A stretch of 64,000 nt of DNA from contig NW_026515679.1 of assembly GCF_025526975.1 (NCBI RefSeq), positions 496,001 through 560,000 of the forward strand, read 5' to 3'. Shown piece by piece: positions 23,201-34,551 of the stretch. Position 1 is the first letter of the stretch. Each line of letters opens with the position of its first letter. This stretch comes from Fimicolochytrium jonesii (Eukaryota). The position numbers and the translations under genes were made by a program. The notes beneath the pieces were generated by a model, which made no database searches, had not been told where the DNA came from, and worked only from the letters and a program-made list of their open reading frames with translations.

Positions 23201-24124
23201 CGTGTGTTGGCCCACAACTACCTCAGGCTTATCACTTAGTGTCTCGCAAGTCCCAGGGTGACCGTATCGACGCCGTAGACAAATGCCCATAAAATGCCAT
23301 CACCCACAATGCCCTGATGTTCCTCGCCGACTGTGATCCGATATCCCACTAGACCCGCCGTAGTTAGTCCAGCCTAGCAATCCAAGCTTTGCTCGATCTG
23401 AGATAAGACACAGCTCAGTAACGGCGTGAGTATCTTCCCAAATCGCCGGATCGCATATCAAAAGCTCTGGTCGCTTTGATGGCGAGAAAATCAAGCAATT
23501 TCCTCAAGCAATCCTCCTCGTCGTTCGTGGCGGAGTTATCGAAATAGAGGTCGATTGTCGCATTGATCAATTCTGGACTCGTTCTTCTGGAATGACTATA
23601 GCTGTCTGCTCGGCTTCATTCTCGTCGGCTATCGACGTCAATGGTTCCACGTATCTGGGCTAAACCCTTCCAACGTAGGTGTACAGTTGACCGAAAAGAC
23701 TTCGGCAGCCTGTTTGAAGGTCTCGTGTATGCGACGAACCCGTCTTATCCGCTTGCGGCTTCTTCAACCGATGTTGACGGTTGACGGTTCTTTGCAACAC
23801 GGCGATGAGGGTGCAGGGAGAGAGGTTGTGGCGGACCAGTTGGACCAGGCAGCGACTTACCAGCGACCGGGCAGGAACTGCAAACCGGGCTACGATTTGT
23901 AGGAGCGACGGCTGGCGACGGCGCTCAGTATGGGTTGCCAGAGGCTCCAGATCCAGAGGGGAATGTTCTCAAAAATGCCCCAGTTTCTGTCAGCGTTTCT
24001 GTCATCGACGGGCTTCGAAGTTGTCCGCGTACGTTTTTCTGCTGGCCTGCGGTGGACATTGGACCCTCAGCACGTCGGCTCAAATACTCCACCTCTCACT
24101 ACATATCCAGGAACAGCAGCCATA

Positions 24125-25188
24125 ATGACCCAGTGTATCGATATCAAGGACAACGACGGCTATGACTTGGAGGTACCATTCACCTGAGTTTCGAAAGTAG
24201 AACAATGGCTGTTGGGAGTTCGAGCAAACCCTGACCGTCAGGGTCTATCCCATTCCCAACGCCCGCTTATAGAGGCTCTAACACACCTTTCCCACCTCCA
24301 TAGAACTTCGTTCTTCCCACGCACTATGCCCGGGACCTAGAGCGTGTGTTGATCCCGTATGGCCTCATCCGCGACCGCATCGAGAAACTCGCCGCTGATA
24401 TAGCCGCCGACTGTACCAACCCCGTCGTGGCCTGCTGTGTGCTGAAGGGCGCACATGGGTTCTTTGCGCATCTGATGGAATCACTGAAGAAGCAGAAAGA
24501 TCGCAAGGCTGAGTCTAGTACGTTCTTCTTCTCGGTGGTATCGCGGTGCCGGGCCTTTGATATACTGTCTAACGCCCGGCCCTCTTCCACCATTTAGTCC
24601 CCCTCAGCTTCGAATTCATCAAAGTAAAAAGCTACGAAAACACTGAATCGACCGGCAACGTCTACATCTCCCTCTCCGAGGAGGACATGAAGTCCTTCAA
24701 GGGTAAAGACCTCCTCATCTGCGAGGATATCATCGACACGGGGCGGACGATGGTCGCGTTGATTGAGAAGCTGAAGAAGTATGAGCCCGCTAGCATTCGG
24801 GTCGTGAGTTTGTTGTTGAAGAAGACGCCGAGGAGTAATCAATATGTGTAGGTTTCGGGGGGGAGCATGTGGGTTGAGCGTGGACGGGAGTGATGGCTGA
24901 TGAGTCGGTTTTGCAGGCCCGAGTATGTCGGATTCGCTATCCCGGATCTGTTCGTCGTTGGGTAAGCTTTTTCTTGGTGGTGCATCTCTCTTCTGAACTG
25001 AGTCTCACTTTCTTTTCCATTCTCTTCTAGATACTGCGTACGTATAAGCCCTGGTCATCCGACTGATCGATTGACGCATTTGAATAACTTCGAGTTTCCC
25101 CCCACAGCTCGACTACAACGAACACTTCCGCGACCTCGACCACATCGCTGTCATCAGCGAGCACGGAAAGCAGGCGTACGCTGTATAG
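24125..25188 (+). CDS. HPRT1: Hypoxanthine-guanine phosphoribosyltransferase, multi-exon
   Basis: VLIPYGLIRDRIEKLA, CVLKGAHGFF, EFIKVKSY, LLICEDIIDTGRTM, GFAIPDLFVVG, LDYNEHFRDL. Confidence 0.93.
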
Positions 25189-26640
25189 CGGTGTAGAGTA
25201 ACGCTCCTGTGTCAGTACATCATTTTCCACACACCTTTCGCTTGATCCCCTTAGTTAGCATCAGAGTACACTTAGAGTAATATATTTAGCGTAATTCATT
25301 GAAAAGCGGTGTTAAAGCGTCGACTGTTCATGTCTCCTCATCAACATCAAACCTACCAGTTCTCAATAGACTCCAAGTGCGAGCTCACCAACTTTCCCAT
25401 TCTCTAACAACTCAAATGTGTACAGTATATATACGTGTGTGCTAAATACCCAAAAGTGCTCGTCTCGTCACCCAGATATTCCGCTTGAACGGAGACAACC
25501 CCATCCTACTACGTCTTCTTTCTACGTACAGGCCTGCCCCTCCGGCCCCGACACCCTCGGGCTCTGCGTCCTTGACGTTATGGTACAGATTGTGTTCCGA
25601 CCGATTGTTTTGTACGGTGGCGATGTGCGTATGGAGGGTTCGCTTCCCCGGCATGCCGATTGCCTTCTCGACGTCCACGGACCCCCCTCGAATAGTTCTG
25701 TGGTCACCCCGCAACCCACATAACGCGCATTGATAAATACAGATATTCCATCCCCACCACCCCTTTTCTTCTCCTCTCCTTACGTCTCCGCATCGGCCTC
25801 ATTCTCCTTCTCCGCGGCCGGGTCAATCGTAAACCTATGCCCACACTTGACGCAGGAGTAGAACAGCTATCACACATAGTCAGATATACGCCCACATCGT
25901 TCCCGAAAGTGCGACGCAAGGTGTTGCGAGGCCCGTACCTTCATAGTCGCATCACGGTGTTTCGACCTCGAATGGTAAAACACCGCTTCCGTTGAGGTGC
26001 AGTCGTACTTTGGACACTTTATATTGTTGGCACGGGGGAAGGTTGGGTCGGAGGCGAGGGCTACCTCTTCTGCTGTTTGTTCACTGCGAATAGGTAAGTA
26101 TTTCAGTATAGATTCCCTCCGTCCTTGTCGCAGGTGGAGTTCACGAAGTAGCTAACACTTCTTCCCACACAATCATGTGATAATTCACAACTCACCGAGC
26201 AGTAGCAGAAACAACATGGGAGTAAACCTGCGTGAACTCCGCCTCCTCCGAGTGATTGCAGTGCCTGCAGTTGAATGTCAGTTTCCGCTCTGCGCGGTCT
26301 TCTTTGGGGTAGAGGAGGTTGTTGCTGGTAGGTGGTGTTAATAGTTATGTGTGATCGCACGGCGGGTGGGAGTGAACGCACCATTCTGAGCAGAATCTGA
26401 AGGCGGACATATCAGCAAGGAGGTTGAGGGAGGGTCGGCTGAGAGAGTGCGTGGGGGCATCAAGGGGGGAAATTGACCATGGGCAATGGGCACGCAACTG
26501 GAAGACGCTGGAGCTGACAGGGCTGACAACTCGCGCGCGACTTGCCCTTCCCAGAGCCCTTCCCCGTTTCCTTTCGATTCGGCTGGACGGTGTAATTGCG
26601 AACACCTCGCGAACTAGCTGTACCTTACCATACGTCAGAA

Positions 26641-28082
26641 ATGACCCCGCCACCCGAAATCCGCGCCCTAGAGTTCTTCTCCGGCATCGGCGCAATGCAC
26701 TACGGCCTCCAATGGGCCGGCGTCAAAGGCGACGTTGTGGCTTCATTCGACATTAACCCCGTCGCAAATGCGTGGTAATGGAAATAAGTCCTCGGAGGGG
26801 TTTTGGTTCTACGGAATGCAATGCTCATATATTTCTCTGGGCCCTCAGCTATCGACATAATTTTGGGATAGAGCCGATACAGACGCTCATTGAGACGATG
26901 ACGGAGAAGAGGTTGGAGGGGTTTGGGGCAAATGGTGGGTTGGGGTTGGGGTTACAAGGCTAGGGATAGTGTGCATCGATGTTTGGTTCGGTCCGGGCTG
27001 ATGATTCGTTGTTAGCTTGGTTCATGAGCCCGCCATGTCAACCGTATACCAGGAGTAGGTAAACGAACGCTTGAAGGAACACTGACTGCCAGCAGAACTT
27101 CCATTAACATCAATCCCTCGCACCCAGCCGGTAAACAACTCGACACAACCGACCCCCGCGCCGTCGGCCTCCTTCACCTCATCCGCCTCCTCGGCACGCT
27201 CACAACCCCTCCAACCTACCTCTTCCTCGAAAACGTTCTCAACTTCGAGTCCTCCCAGACCCGCTCCCTCCTCACCCAACAACTTTCAAACCGCGGGTAC
27301 GACTTCACCGAGTGGTTTTTGACCCCGACGCAGATGGGATTGCCGAATGATCGCGGGAGGTATTATTTGACGGCGAGGAGGGTTAGGGAGGCGGGAGAGG
27401 ATGTGGGTGTTCCGGAGTTGAGGTTGGTGAAGGAGTGGCCGTTTGGAGGCGCAGGGGTGAAAAGGAAGACTGTGGGGGAGTTTTTGGAGGAGGATGGGGA
27501 GGGGGAGTTGGTGAGAAGGTATAGGTTGCCCGAAGCTTTTGTAAAGAGGAGGCAGGCTTTTAGTGAGTCAGCGGTTGTGACTGCGGATGATGTGCGAACG
27601 TCGTGCTTCACGAAGGCTTATGGGCACCATGGTAAGTTGGCAAGTTGGTTTCCGAGGATTGTCGTTTGCTTCTGATCCGACGTCAACATCTAGGACTAGC
27701 GGCCGGATCATATCTCCAAACCAAAGGATTCGATGTAAGTTGCCCCCATATCTTTGAATCGTGGTCCTCAGAAACCGCCAACATGCTTTCCCATCGGCAG
27801 GAACCCAAACGCCTAGACGAGCCCTCAACCGCCATCGACCGTCTCGGGCTCCGGTGCTTCACCCCAACAGAAGTTGCTCGTCTGCACGGGTTTCCCATAG
27901 ATGACCGCGCACCCGCCCCGCCCCGTCCAGCGGCAGCGGTAGCAGAGCGTCTGGCGTATAAGTTTGAGTTCCCGGAGGAGGTCACTACGATTCAGCGGTG
28001 GAGGGTTTTGGGGAATAGTATGAGTGTGGTGGTGGTGGGGGAGTTGATGAGGTGTGCGTTGTTTGCTGATCATGTGGTTTGA
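26641..28082 (+). CDS. TRDMT1: tRNA (cytosine-5) methyltransferase DNMT2/TRDMT1, multi-exon
   Basis: LEFFSGIGAMH, MSPPCQPYT, LENV, CFTKAYG (DNMT2-specific CFT motif), LRCFTPTEVARLHGFP, LGNSMSV. Confidence 0.92.
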
Positions 28083-28196
28083 GGTGGGAGATAGAATGGT
28101 ATATGTAGATACCCGAGAAAACAGATAGAAGTGTACGGAATTTTGAACAAATGAAGTAGAGTAAGCTATTAGTATCAATGCATCGCTGCATAAAAT

Positions 28197-29261
28197 CTAG
28201 CAGCAGCCTCCGGCAGCGGGGCTGCTTGAGCTACCGCCAGGGACCGGCGCACAGTCAAACGCCCCAAAATGCACACTACGATCGCCATCCACTTTGAAAT
28301 GTTTCCCCAACCAAGTCCTCCCAACCATATCCGCACTATTCCCACACACCAAAACCGGCTTCCCCGTCACGAAGGTATGATGATCATCCAACTCATACGC
28401 ATGCGTATGTCCCGGAATCGTCCCCAAATACGTGGCAACCTGCCCATAATCCTCACACAGCGTCTCCAACGACGGCAGCTTGAACAACCGGTACGTGATT
28501 GAGTAAAACTTGATGTTCCCGCATAGCTCCGCGATCGCCGGGTCCCGCAACTCGATAGGCGCGGATGACAACGCCCGCGGGTCCGTGAACCCGACTTTAT
28601 GGCACAAACGCACGAAATCGTTGATGTACAACGCGCCGGACAGACATTCCCCATAGAGGATCTTATCCCCCACCAGCGCCTCGGGCATGCGACGATCGCA
28701 GTACACATCCGAGAAGTACATCTCACCGCCCTCCTTGAGCGCGTTGTACACGCCCCGCAGCACCGCTTCCTTGTCGGGAGAGAGGTTGATGACGCAGTTG
28801 GAAATGCAGAGGTCGATGCTGTTGGCCGGGACAATGGCATCTAGATTTTCGATGTAGGCTTTCGCAAATTTCACTCGAGGGGTGTAGGTGAACTGCTTTG
28901 CAAAGGCGGGCAGTGCGTCCCTGGCGACTTTTAGCTGCTCATCGGTCATATCCACGCCAATCACCTCCCCCTTCTCTCCCACCAACCCGGCGGCGATATA
29001 CACATCCCTGCCTGTCCCGCATCCCAGATCTAATACAGTCAACCCCTCGATCCCGAGCGGGATGGGGTTCCCGCAGCCGTAGTAGCGGTCGGTGACTTCG
29101 GCGGGCACCTTTTTAAGGGCGGCGCGGATGAGGGGGTGCGGGGCGGCGGAGGTGCAGCAGGCGGAGGTTTTGAGGTCTTTTGTGGAGGAGAGGATTTTGC
29201 CGTAGTACTCTTGGACGTTTGCCAGGACTGTTGAGGAGGGTGTTGGGTCGGTGGCCGTCAT
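28197..29261 (-). CDS. AS3MT: Arsenite S-adenosylmethionine methyltransferase (ArsM/AS3MT), intronless
   Basis: VQEYYGK..LKTSACC, YYGCG, VLDLGCGTGRD, IGVDMT, ISNCVINLSPDK, GGEMYFSDVY, GECLSGALY, VCGN, C-terminal CC. Start taken at MTATD. Confidence 0.93.
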   Translation of the reverse strand: MTATDPTPSSTVLANVQEYYGKILSSTKDLKTSACCTSAAPHPLIRAALKKVPAEVTDRYYGCGNPIPLGIEGLTVLDLGCGTGRDVYIAAGLVGEKGEVIGVDMTDEQLKVARDALPAFAKQFTYTPRVKFAKAYIENLDAIVPANSIDLCISNCVINLSPDKEAVLRGVYNALKEGGEMYFSDVYCDRRMPEALVGDKILYGECLSGALYINDFVRLCHKVGFTDPRALSSAPIELRDPAIAELCGNIKFYSITYRLFKLPSLETLCEDYGQVATYLGTIPGHTHAYELDDHHTFVTGKPVLVCGNSADMVGRTWLGKHFKVDGDRSVHFGAFDCAPVPGGSSSSPAAGGCC

Positions 29262-29265
29262 GGTT

Positions 29266-29333
29266 GCTGTGCTGGTGGATCTGCTGTGCTGGTGGATCTG
29301 CTGTGCTGGTGGATCTGCTGTGCTGGTGGATCT
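29266..29333. repeat. 17-bp tandem minisatellite (GCTGTGCTGGTGGATCT) x4 immediately upstream of the ArsM start
   Basis: Directly visible identical units with no spacers. Confidence 0.9.
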
Positions 29334-29698
29334 CTCTGTGTTGCGGGACCCACCCACTCTGAAGTGCAGTCCGTGGGGAGAGCTTTTCTCGTTGATCCTC
29401 TTGCTCCAGCTCTTGCTCAAGTTTGTCGCAAGAAGGACGCGGTGAGTCACCCACCGCATTCGACCGCTTTTTCTCTCAACTCAACCACCTCAGGCAGGTA
29501 GGCAACAATCCCTACACTCGCAAATACTGTACGCTCAAGAGAGCAGGCGCATAAGGTCGCCGCAAAGAGAGACTCCCAGTATACAATATATATAGAGGTA
29601 GCCGCCGCACAAAGAAAGGTAGAGTATCTAGAACCACTGCTTTCCGCTCGTGAGCCGGTATAGATCACTTTAACAACACCACCACCAACAGAAACAAA

Positions 29699-32445
29699 AT
29701 GTCTTCTTTCGACCACATCTTGAAGAAATCCGGCGTGGTCGCCACCGCAACCCACCACGCCGTCGCAACCGACCTGCCCGCCTGGATCGCCACAATCACC
29801 AACCTTAACGGCCTTGCTACAAAGACACTTGTCGTCAAACCTAAGGGTGGGAACTTTAAGGGCGACGGTTATGTCCTGGGAGTTGCGCTCAGTTCCACTG
29901 AAGTTGCTGCTTCGGCTGTGGCGAAGAGTGCGGGGGCCAAGGAGGGACGGGTTGTTGGGGATGATGTTAGTGAGAAGGTGTTTGGAGTGACGCGCAAGGA
30001 TGGTGAGTTACAGTGATCGGCGAGGGCGAGCGTCAACGTGCGGTCGATTCCCCGCAAGGGAGCCAGAGCGACCTGGAGCGAATGGGCGAGTGACACGAGG
30101 CGCAGGCTGGTGAGCTATAGACGAGCCATTGTTCCGAGCGATACCGAAGGCCACCAGAGCGAACGCCTTGGCGAGCGGCGGCGGAACTCGCTCCGCAGGC
30201 GACAACTCTAGCGAGTTATGCGAGCATTGAGTGTGAGCGACGCCGAACGGTCGACTTTATCACGCGTCGCACAACATTCTGTTGCGAGTTGAGGGTATCG
30301 TTGTTGGTGGTCGGATGACAAGCATATCTCGTCCATCATACACGCATCACGACCATTACTCAACACGCACTGACACCCTTCCCTCGTAGTCACTCCACTT
30401 CACATTGCCAACTTGGAGGACAAGTCTCTCATTACGGTCGTTGTCGACTCGGCTCTGTTGGACCTTCCCGGCGACAAATTCGTCGGATTCCGCGCTGGCG
30501 CAGACGACCAGAGTGTGTTGATCACCGTCACCGACCTGAGGGCGTTTTTTGACCGGTCCGGCGTCACATACACATCCGTTGACTTTGCGAGCCTCGCGAC
30601 CGCCAAACCCGCCGCGGGAGCTGCCAAGCCTGTGAAGGCTGACAAGGCCTCGAAGCAGGTGTCGAAGCAGGAGAACACTTCGGACAGCAAGGAGGTCCTG
30701 ATTGGTCTGACGGTGAAGAAGGCTGAGGACTTTCCCACTTGGTACCAGCAGGTGCTGACGCGGACGGAGATGTTGGACTACTACGATATCAGTGGATGCT
30801 ACATTATTCGTCCATGGGCTTTTAAGATCTGGAAGGCCATTCAACGTGAGTTCCGGGTTTCTGATCTTGTGGGGATCGGTGATACTGACTCTGACGCACA
30901 GGATTCTTCGGCGACGCCATCGAGGACCTTGGAGTCGATGATTGCTACTTTCCCATGTTTGTGTCTTCAAAAGTATTGGAACGCGAGAAGGACCACATTG
31001 AGGGATTCTCTCCCGAAGTCGCATGGGTGACAAAAGCGTACGTTGATATGAACATTGCCGTTTGCACACTGAAGTTGATATCTCACTTGGCCGAACTCTT
31101 CATACAGTGGACAATCCGACCTCGCCGAGCCTGTTGCCATCCGTCCCACTTCCGAGACCGTTATGTACCCCTACTTTGCATCCTGGATCCGCAGTCACCG
31201 CGACCTCCCCCTCCGTCTCAACCAGTGGTGTAACGTCGTCCGATGGGAGTTTAAGCACCCCCAGCCCTTCATCCGCACCCGCGAGTTCCTCTGGCAAGAA
31301 GGCCACACCGCCTTTGCCACCAAGGAAGAGGCCGATACGGAAGTCTTGCAGATCCTCGACCTCTACCGCCAGGTCTACGAGGACTTCCTCGCCGTCCCCG
31401 TCGTCCCCGGCAAGAAATCCGAGAGGGAGAAATTCGCCGGTGGTCTGTACACCACCACCGTCGAAGGGTTTGTCCCCACCACCGGCCGCGCCATCCAGGG
31501 CGGAACATCCCACTGTCTGGGCCAGAACTTCTCCAAGATGTTTGACATCTTGATCGAGAACGAGGCCAAGGAGCGCGTGCATGTGTGGCAGAACTCGTGG
31601 GGATTGTCCACCCGTACCATCGGTGTTATGGTCATGATCCATGGTGATGATAAGGGGCTCGTCCTCCCTCCCCGTGTTGCTGCGGTGCAGGTCGTCATTA
31701 TTCCCGTTGGGATCACGGCAAAGACGTCCCAGGAAGACCGCAAGGCTCTGGCGGCCAAGGCTGACGAGCTTGTGAAGGACCTGCGGAAGGCGGGTATCCG
31801 TGCCAATAGCGACACGAGGGAAAACTACACTCCTGGATGGAAGTACAACCATTGGGAATTGAAGGTAAGATCAAAGCCTCGATGCTTTGGAGTGATGCGC
31901 AATTAGTTGCCCTTGAACTCGGACACCGGAACTCACTGTCCCTCCTATTCCTGTCTATCTGCCAGGGTGTCCCTGTCCGCCTCGAAATCGGCCCCAAAGA
32001 CCTCGCCAAAAACTCCACCCGCGCCGTCATCCGCCATGACAGCTCCAGCCAAGACATCCCTCTGGCAACCCTCACATCAACCCTTTCCACCCTCCTCGAA
32101 ACCATCCAAGCCGCCATGTTCACCAAAGCGCGCGCCGAACGCGACGCACACCTCATCCGGCTCGAAACCTGGGACAAATTCGTCGAAACCCTCAACAACC
32201 GCTGCATCATCCTCGTCCCCTGGTGCGAGCGCGAGGCATGTGAGGAGAGCGTCAAGGAGCGTAGTGCACGCACGGCGGCCGAGCAGAGTGGGGAGGATGA
32301 GGATGAGAAGGCTCCCTCTATGGGCGCCAAGACGCTGTGTATTCCATTCAAGCAGCCTGAGGATGGAGTGAAGCATGGCGTGACGAAGTGCTTTGCTTGT
32401 GAGGAGTTGGCGAAGAGTTATACGTTGTTTGGAAGGAGTTACTGA
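29699..32445 (+). CDS. Cytoplasmic prolyl-tRNA synthetase with an N-terminal YbaK/ProX-like domain, multi-exon
   Basis: [84 protein letters not shown] terminus. Confidence 0.96.
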
Positions 32446-33440
32446 GCGGATTCGGGTTTCGATTGACTGTCTCTTCCATAATGATGGTTCTGTTCCCGGT
32501 TGAACACTCAATTCCACTGGTCTTCCCTCCTAACATCCTCCTTCACCGTATCTAGTATCCGGCATTATTACATTCTCTCTTCGTGTCTCATTTCCTATGC
32601 GTCTTTGCATATAGCATACATATTTGCAATAGCCATCAATGACGTGCACAGAGTTCATCTGTTTTCTGAACCAACATCTATCCTCAAGAAGATGGAGGAT
32701 AGATGAACCAACATGTATCCGGATCTTTTAATGATTTAGGCCGCGTGTTGTATTGTTTGAGTAACGAACTGCAAGCCGGAAGGACAGATCACCGCGGTGT
32801 CGAAATATTATTACCTCTCCCAGTGCCCGCCGTCAATACGGCCTAATATTATTCCTCCCTGACGACGCTCAGCAAAACCCTAGCATTGTTTGATCTCACC
32901 CAATCTTCCATTTATTACACCCCTGAACCTAAAGGGATTTGAAACGCTCAACCTAAAATTTCAGATTGTTCTACCGCCCCCTTCCTGAGTCCTAAATCCA
33001 GTAACGCACGCCAGAACCTTGAAATAAGGAAAATAAGGAACAAGTATTAGCCCCCCTCCGTCACACGCTCCCCGGTCACGGTACCTTTACACAGCCACTC
33101 AGCAAGGAAAGCCCCATTGCAAACCCCCTTGCCCGAAAAGCCCTGCTCTCCACATTTGCGAGTATAAAAGGCCAAATACAAGATGTGAGGCCTGGCGCGT
33201 ATCGATTCTTCATTCTTGAACGAGTGGAACAGCGCACAGCACAGTGTTTCCGGAGCACAACGTATATACATATACATATCTCGCACCGCAGCAGAGAACT
33301 CAACCGCCGAAACCTACGCAACTGCTCAAACTTCTCGGCGTTCGACAACGTCGGAAGATCTCTGACCGTCAAATATCTGGCGACACACACCGGCCTAAAA
33401 TTGACACGACTCGACCCCTTCCAATAAATCACATCTAACC

Positions 33441-33914
33441 ATGATCCCTCTTGGACGTTCGATCCCCAACGTGCCAACCAACACCGCTGGCACTCCCGAC
33501 TCTGCAACTGGAGGACAGATTCCATCCGACTTCAACCCCACCCGTCGCAGGTCATCCATTGATGTAAGTCTTGAAAAGTAGGGGCGTGCGATGTTTGGCA
33601 TCATTGGAAAGAATCTGACCTCTCTATACCCTACACAGGCAATCATGGGCCACCTGCGCTATGTCGGCTCCTTCCCCGGGCGCGTCATGCACGACCTCTC
33701 CCAACCAAACCTCAATGTCCAACAACGCCCGCCGGGATTCCTAGGTGGGATGCAATCACAGACCTCCTTCGGATCATCCACATCCTCGTTCGGCACATCG
33801 TCGACCAACCTGGGAGCGGCGTTTGGGCAGCCACAGCAGACGCAGAAAGAGCCCGTGCAGCAGACGGCTCCGTTGCCGAAGGTCCCAGCAGCCGAGGCGT
33901 TTTTGTCGATTTGA
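33441..33914 (+). CDS. Small hypothetical low-complexity protein, one intron
   Basis: ATG, GTAAGT..CAG intron restoring the frame, TATAAAA near 33163. No recognised domain. Confidence 0.5.
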
Positions 33915-34551
33915 GATCTGCTGTTTTGGCCACTCTGTTGACGGAGTTAATCGGGTTCCCCTTCTTCACTTTTCGACTCCCCTTGTGACGTGGCATCGAG
34001 CTGTACCTGAGACGATCTGTCGCCATTCAACTGTATACCCCCCCGCGTTCGCTCCTGTACTTCTTGAGCATGTACCTTCCAGTTCTTTGTCATCGTTCGT
34101 AACGAAGTGTCCTTTTTGGGGTTTTTGGTTCTGCCTGTTCTGCCTGATCTATTGCTGCTGGCCCTATTGATGTTTCCATCTCTGCCGTTATCCGCGTTTC
34201 TTCAACGTCTGTTTTTGTGTTGATGTATGTGCTCTTTTCTATCGAGATTGAGGGAGATCTATTTGCATATCTGCTTCGTATTATATATATTCTGTTGTGC
34301 AAGTCATCGTCGTCCCATCTTCGCCGTCCTGCGCGTACTCCAAAAGATCGCAATGAGATGGAGGGGACAAAGGGGACAACCGCGTCCGTCGGCTTTGCCC
34401 TGGGTTCTCATGTGCAAGCCTTTGGACGAATTCATACAGTAGGTTTTTCGCTCGTTATAGATAGACCTTTGGTTGCAGCTGCAACGTCCGTGCCACTTTC
34501 TTTTCAAGTCTGCTCCGACAAGGCCTTTCTTGAACATCCCGTTAGCAAAAC

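Noticed and set aside
23430..23590. LLDFLAIKATRAFDMRSGDLGR on the - strand as a tyrosine-recombinase box I
   Set aside because: It is a single short motif followed by stops, with no HxxR or catalytic Tyr region found.
26092..26101. ATACTTACCT on the - strand, identical to the U1 snRNA 5' end
   Set aside because: No U1-70K loop, U1A loop or Sm site follows in the right order. It is simply a consensus splice-donor sequence on +.
28197..28210. ArsM C-terminal Cys-Cys as a possible selenoprotein signal
   Set aside because: The codons are ordinary Cys and the stop is TAG; no in-frame TGA was seen.
29266..29333. Tandem repeat as a possible CRISPR-like array
   Set aside because: The units are contiguous with no spacers, so it is an ordinary minisatellite.
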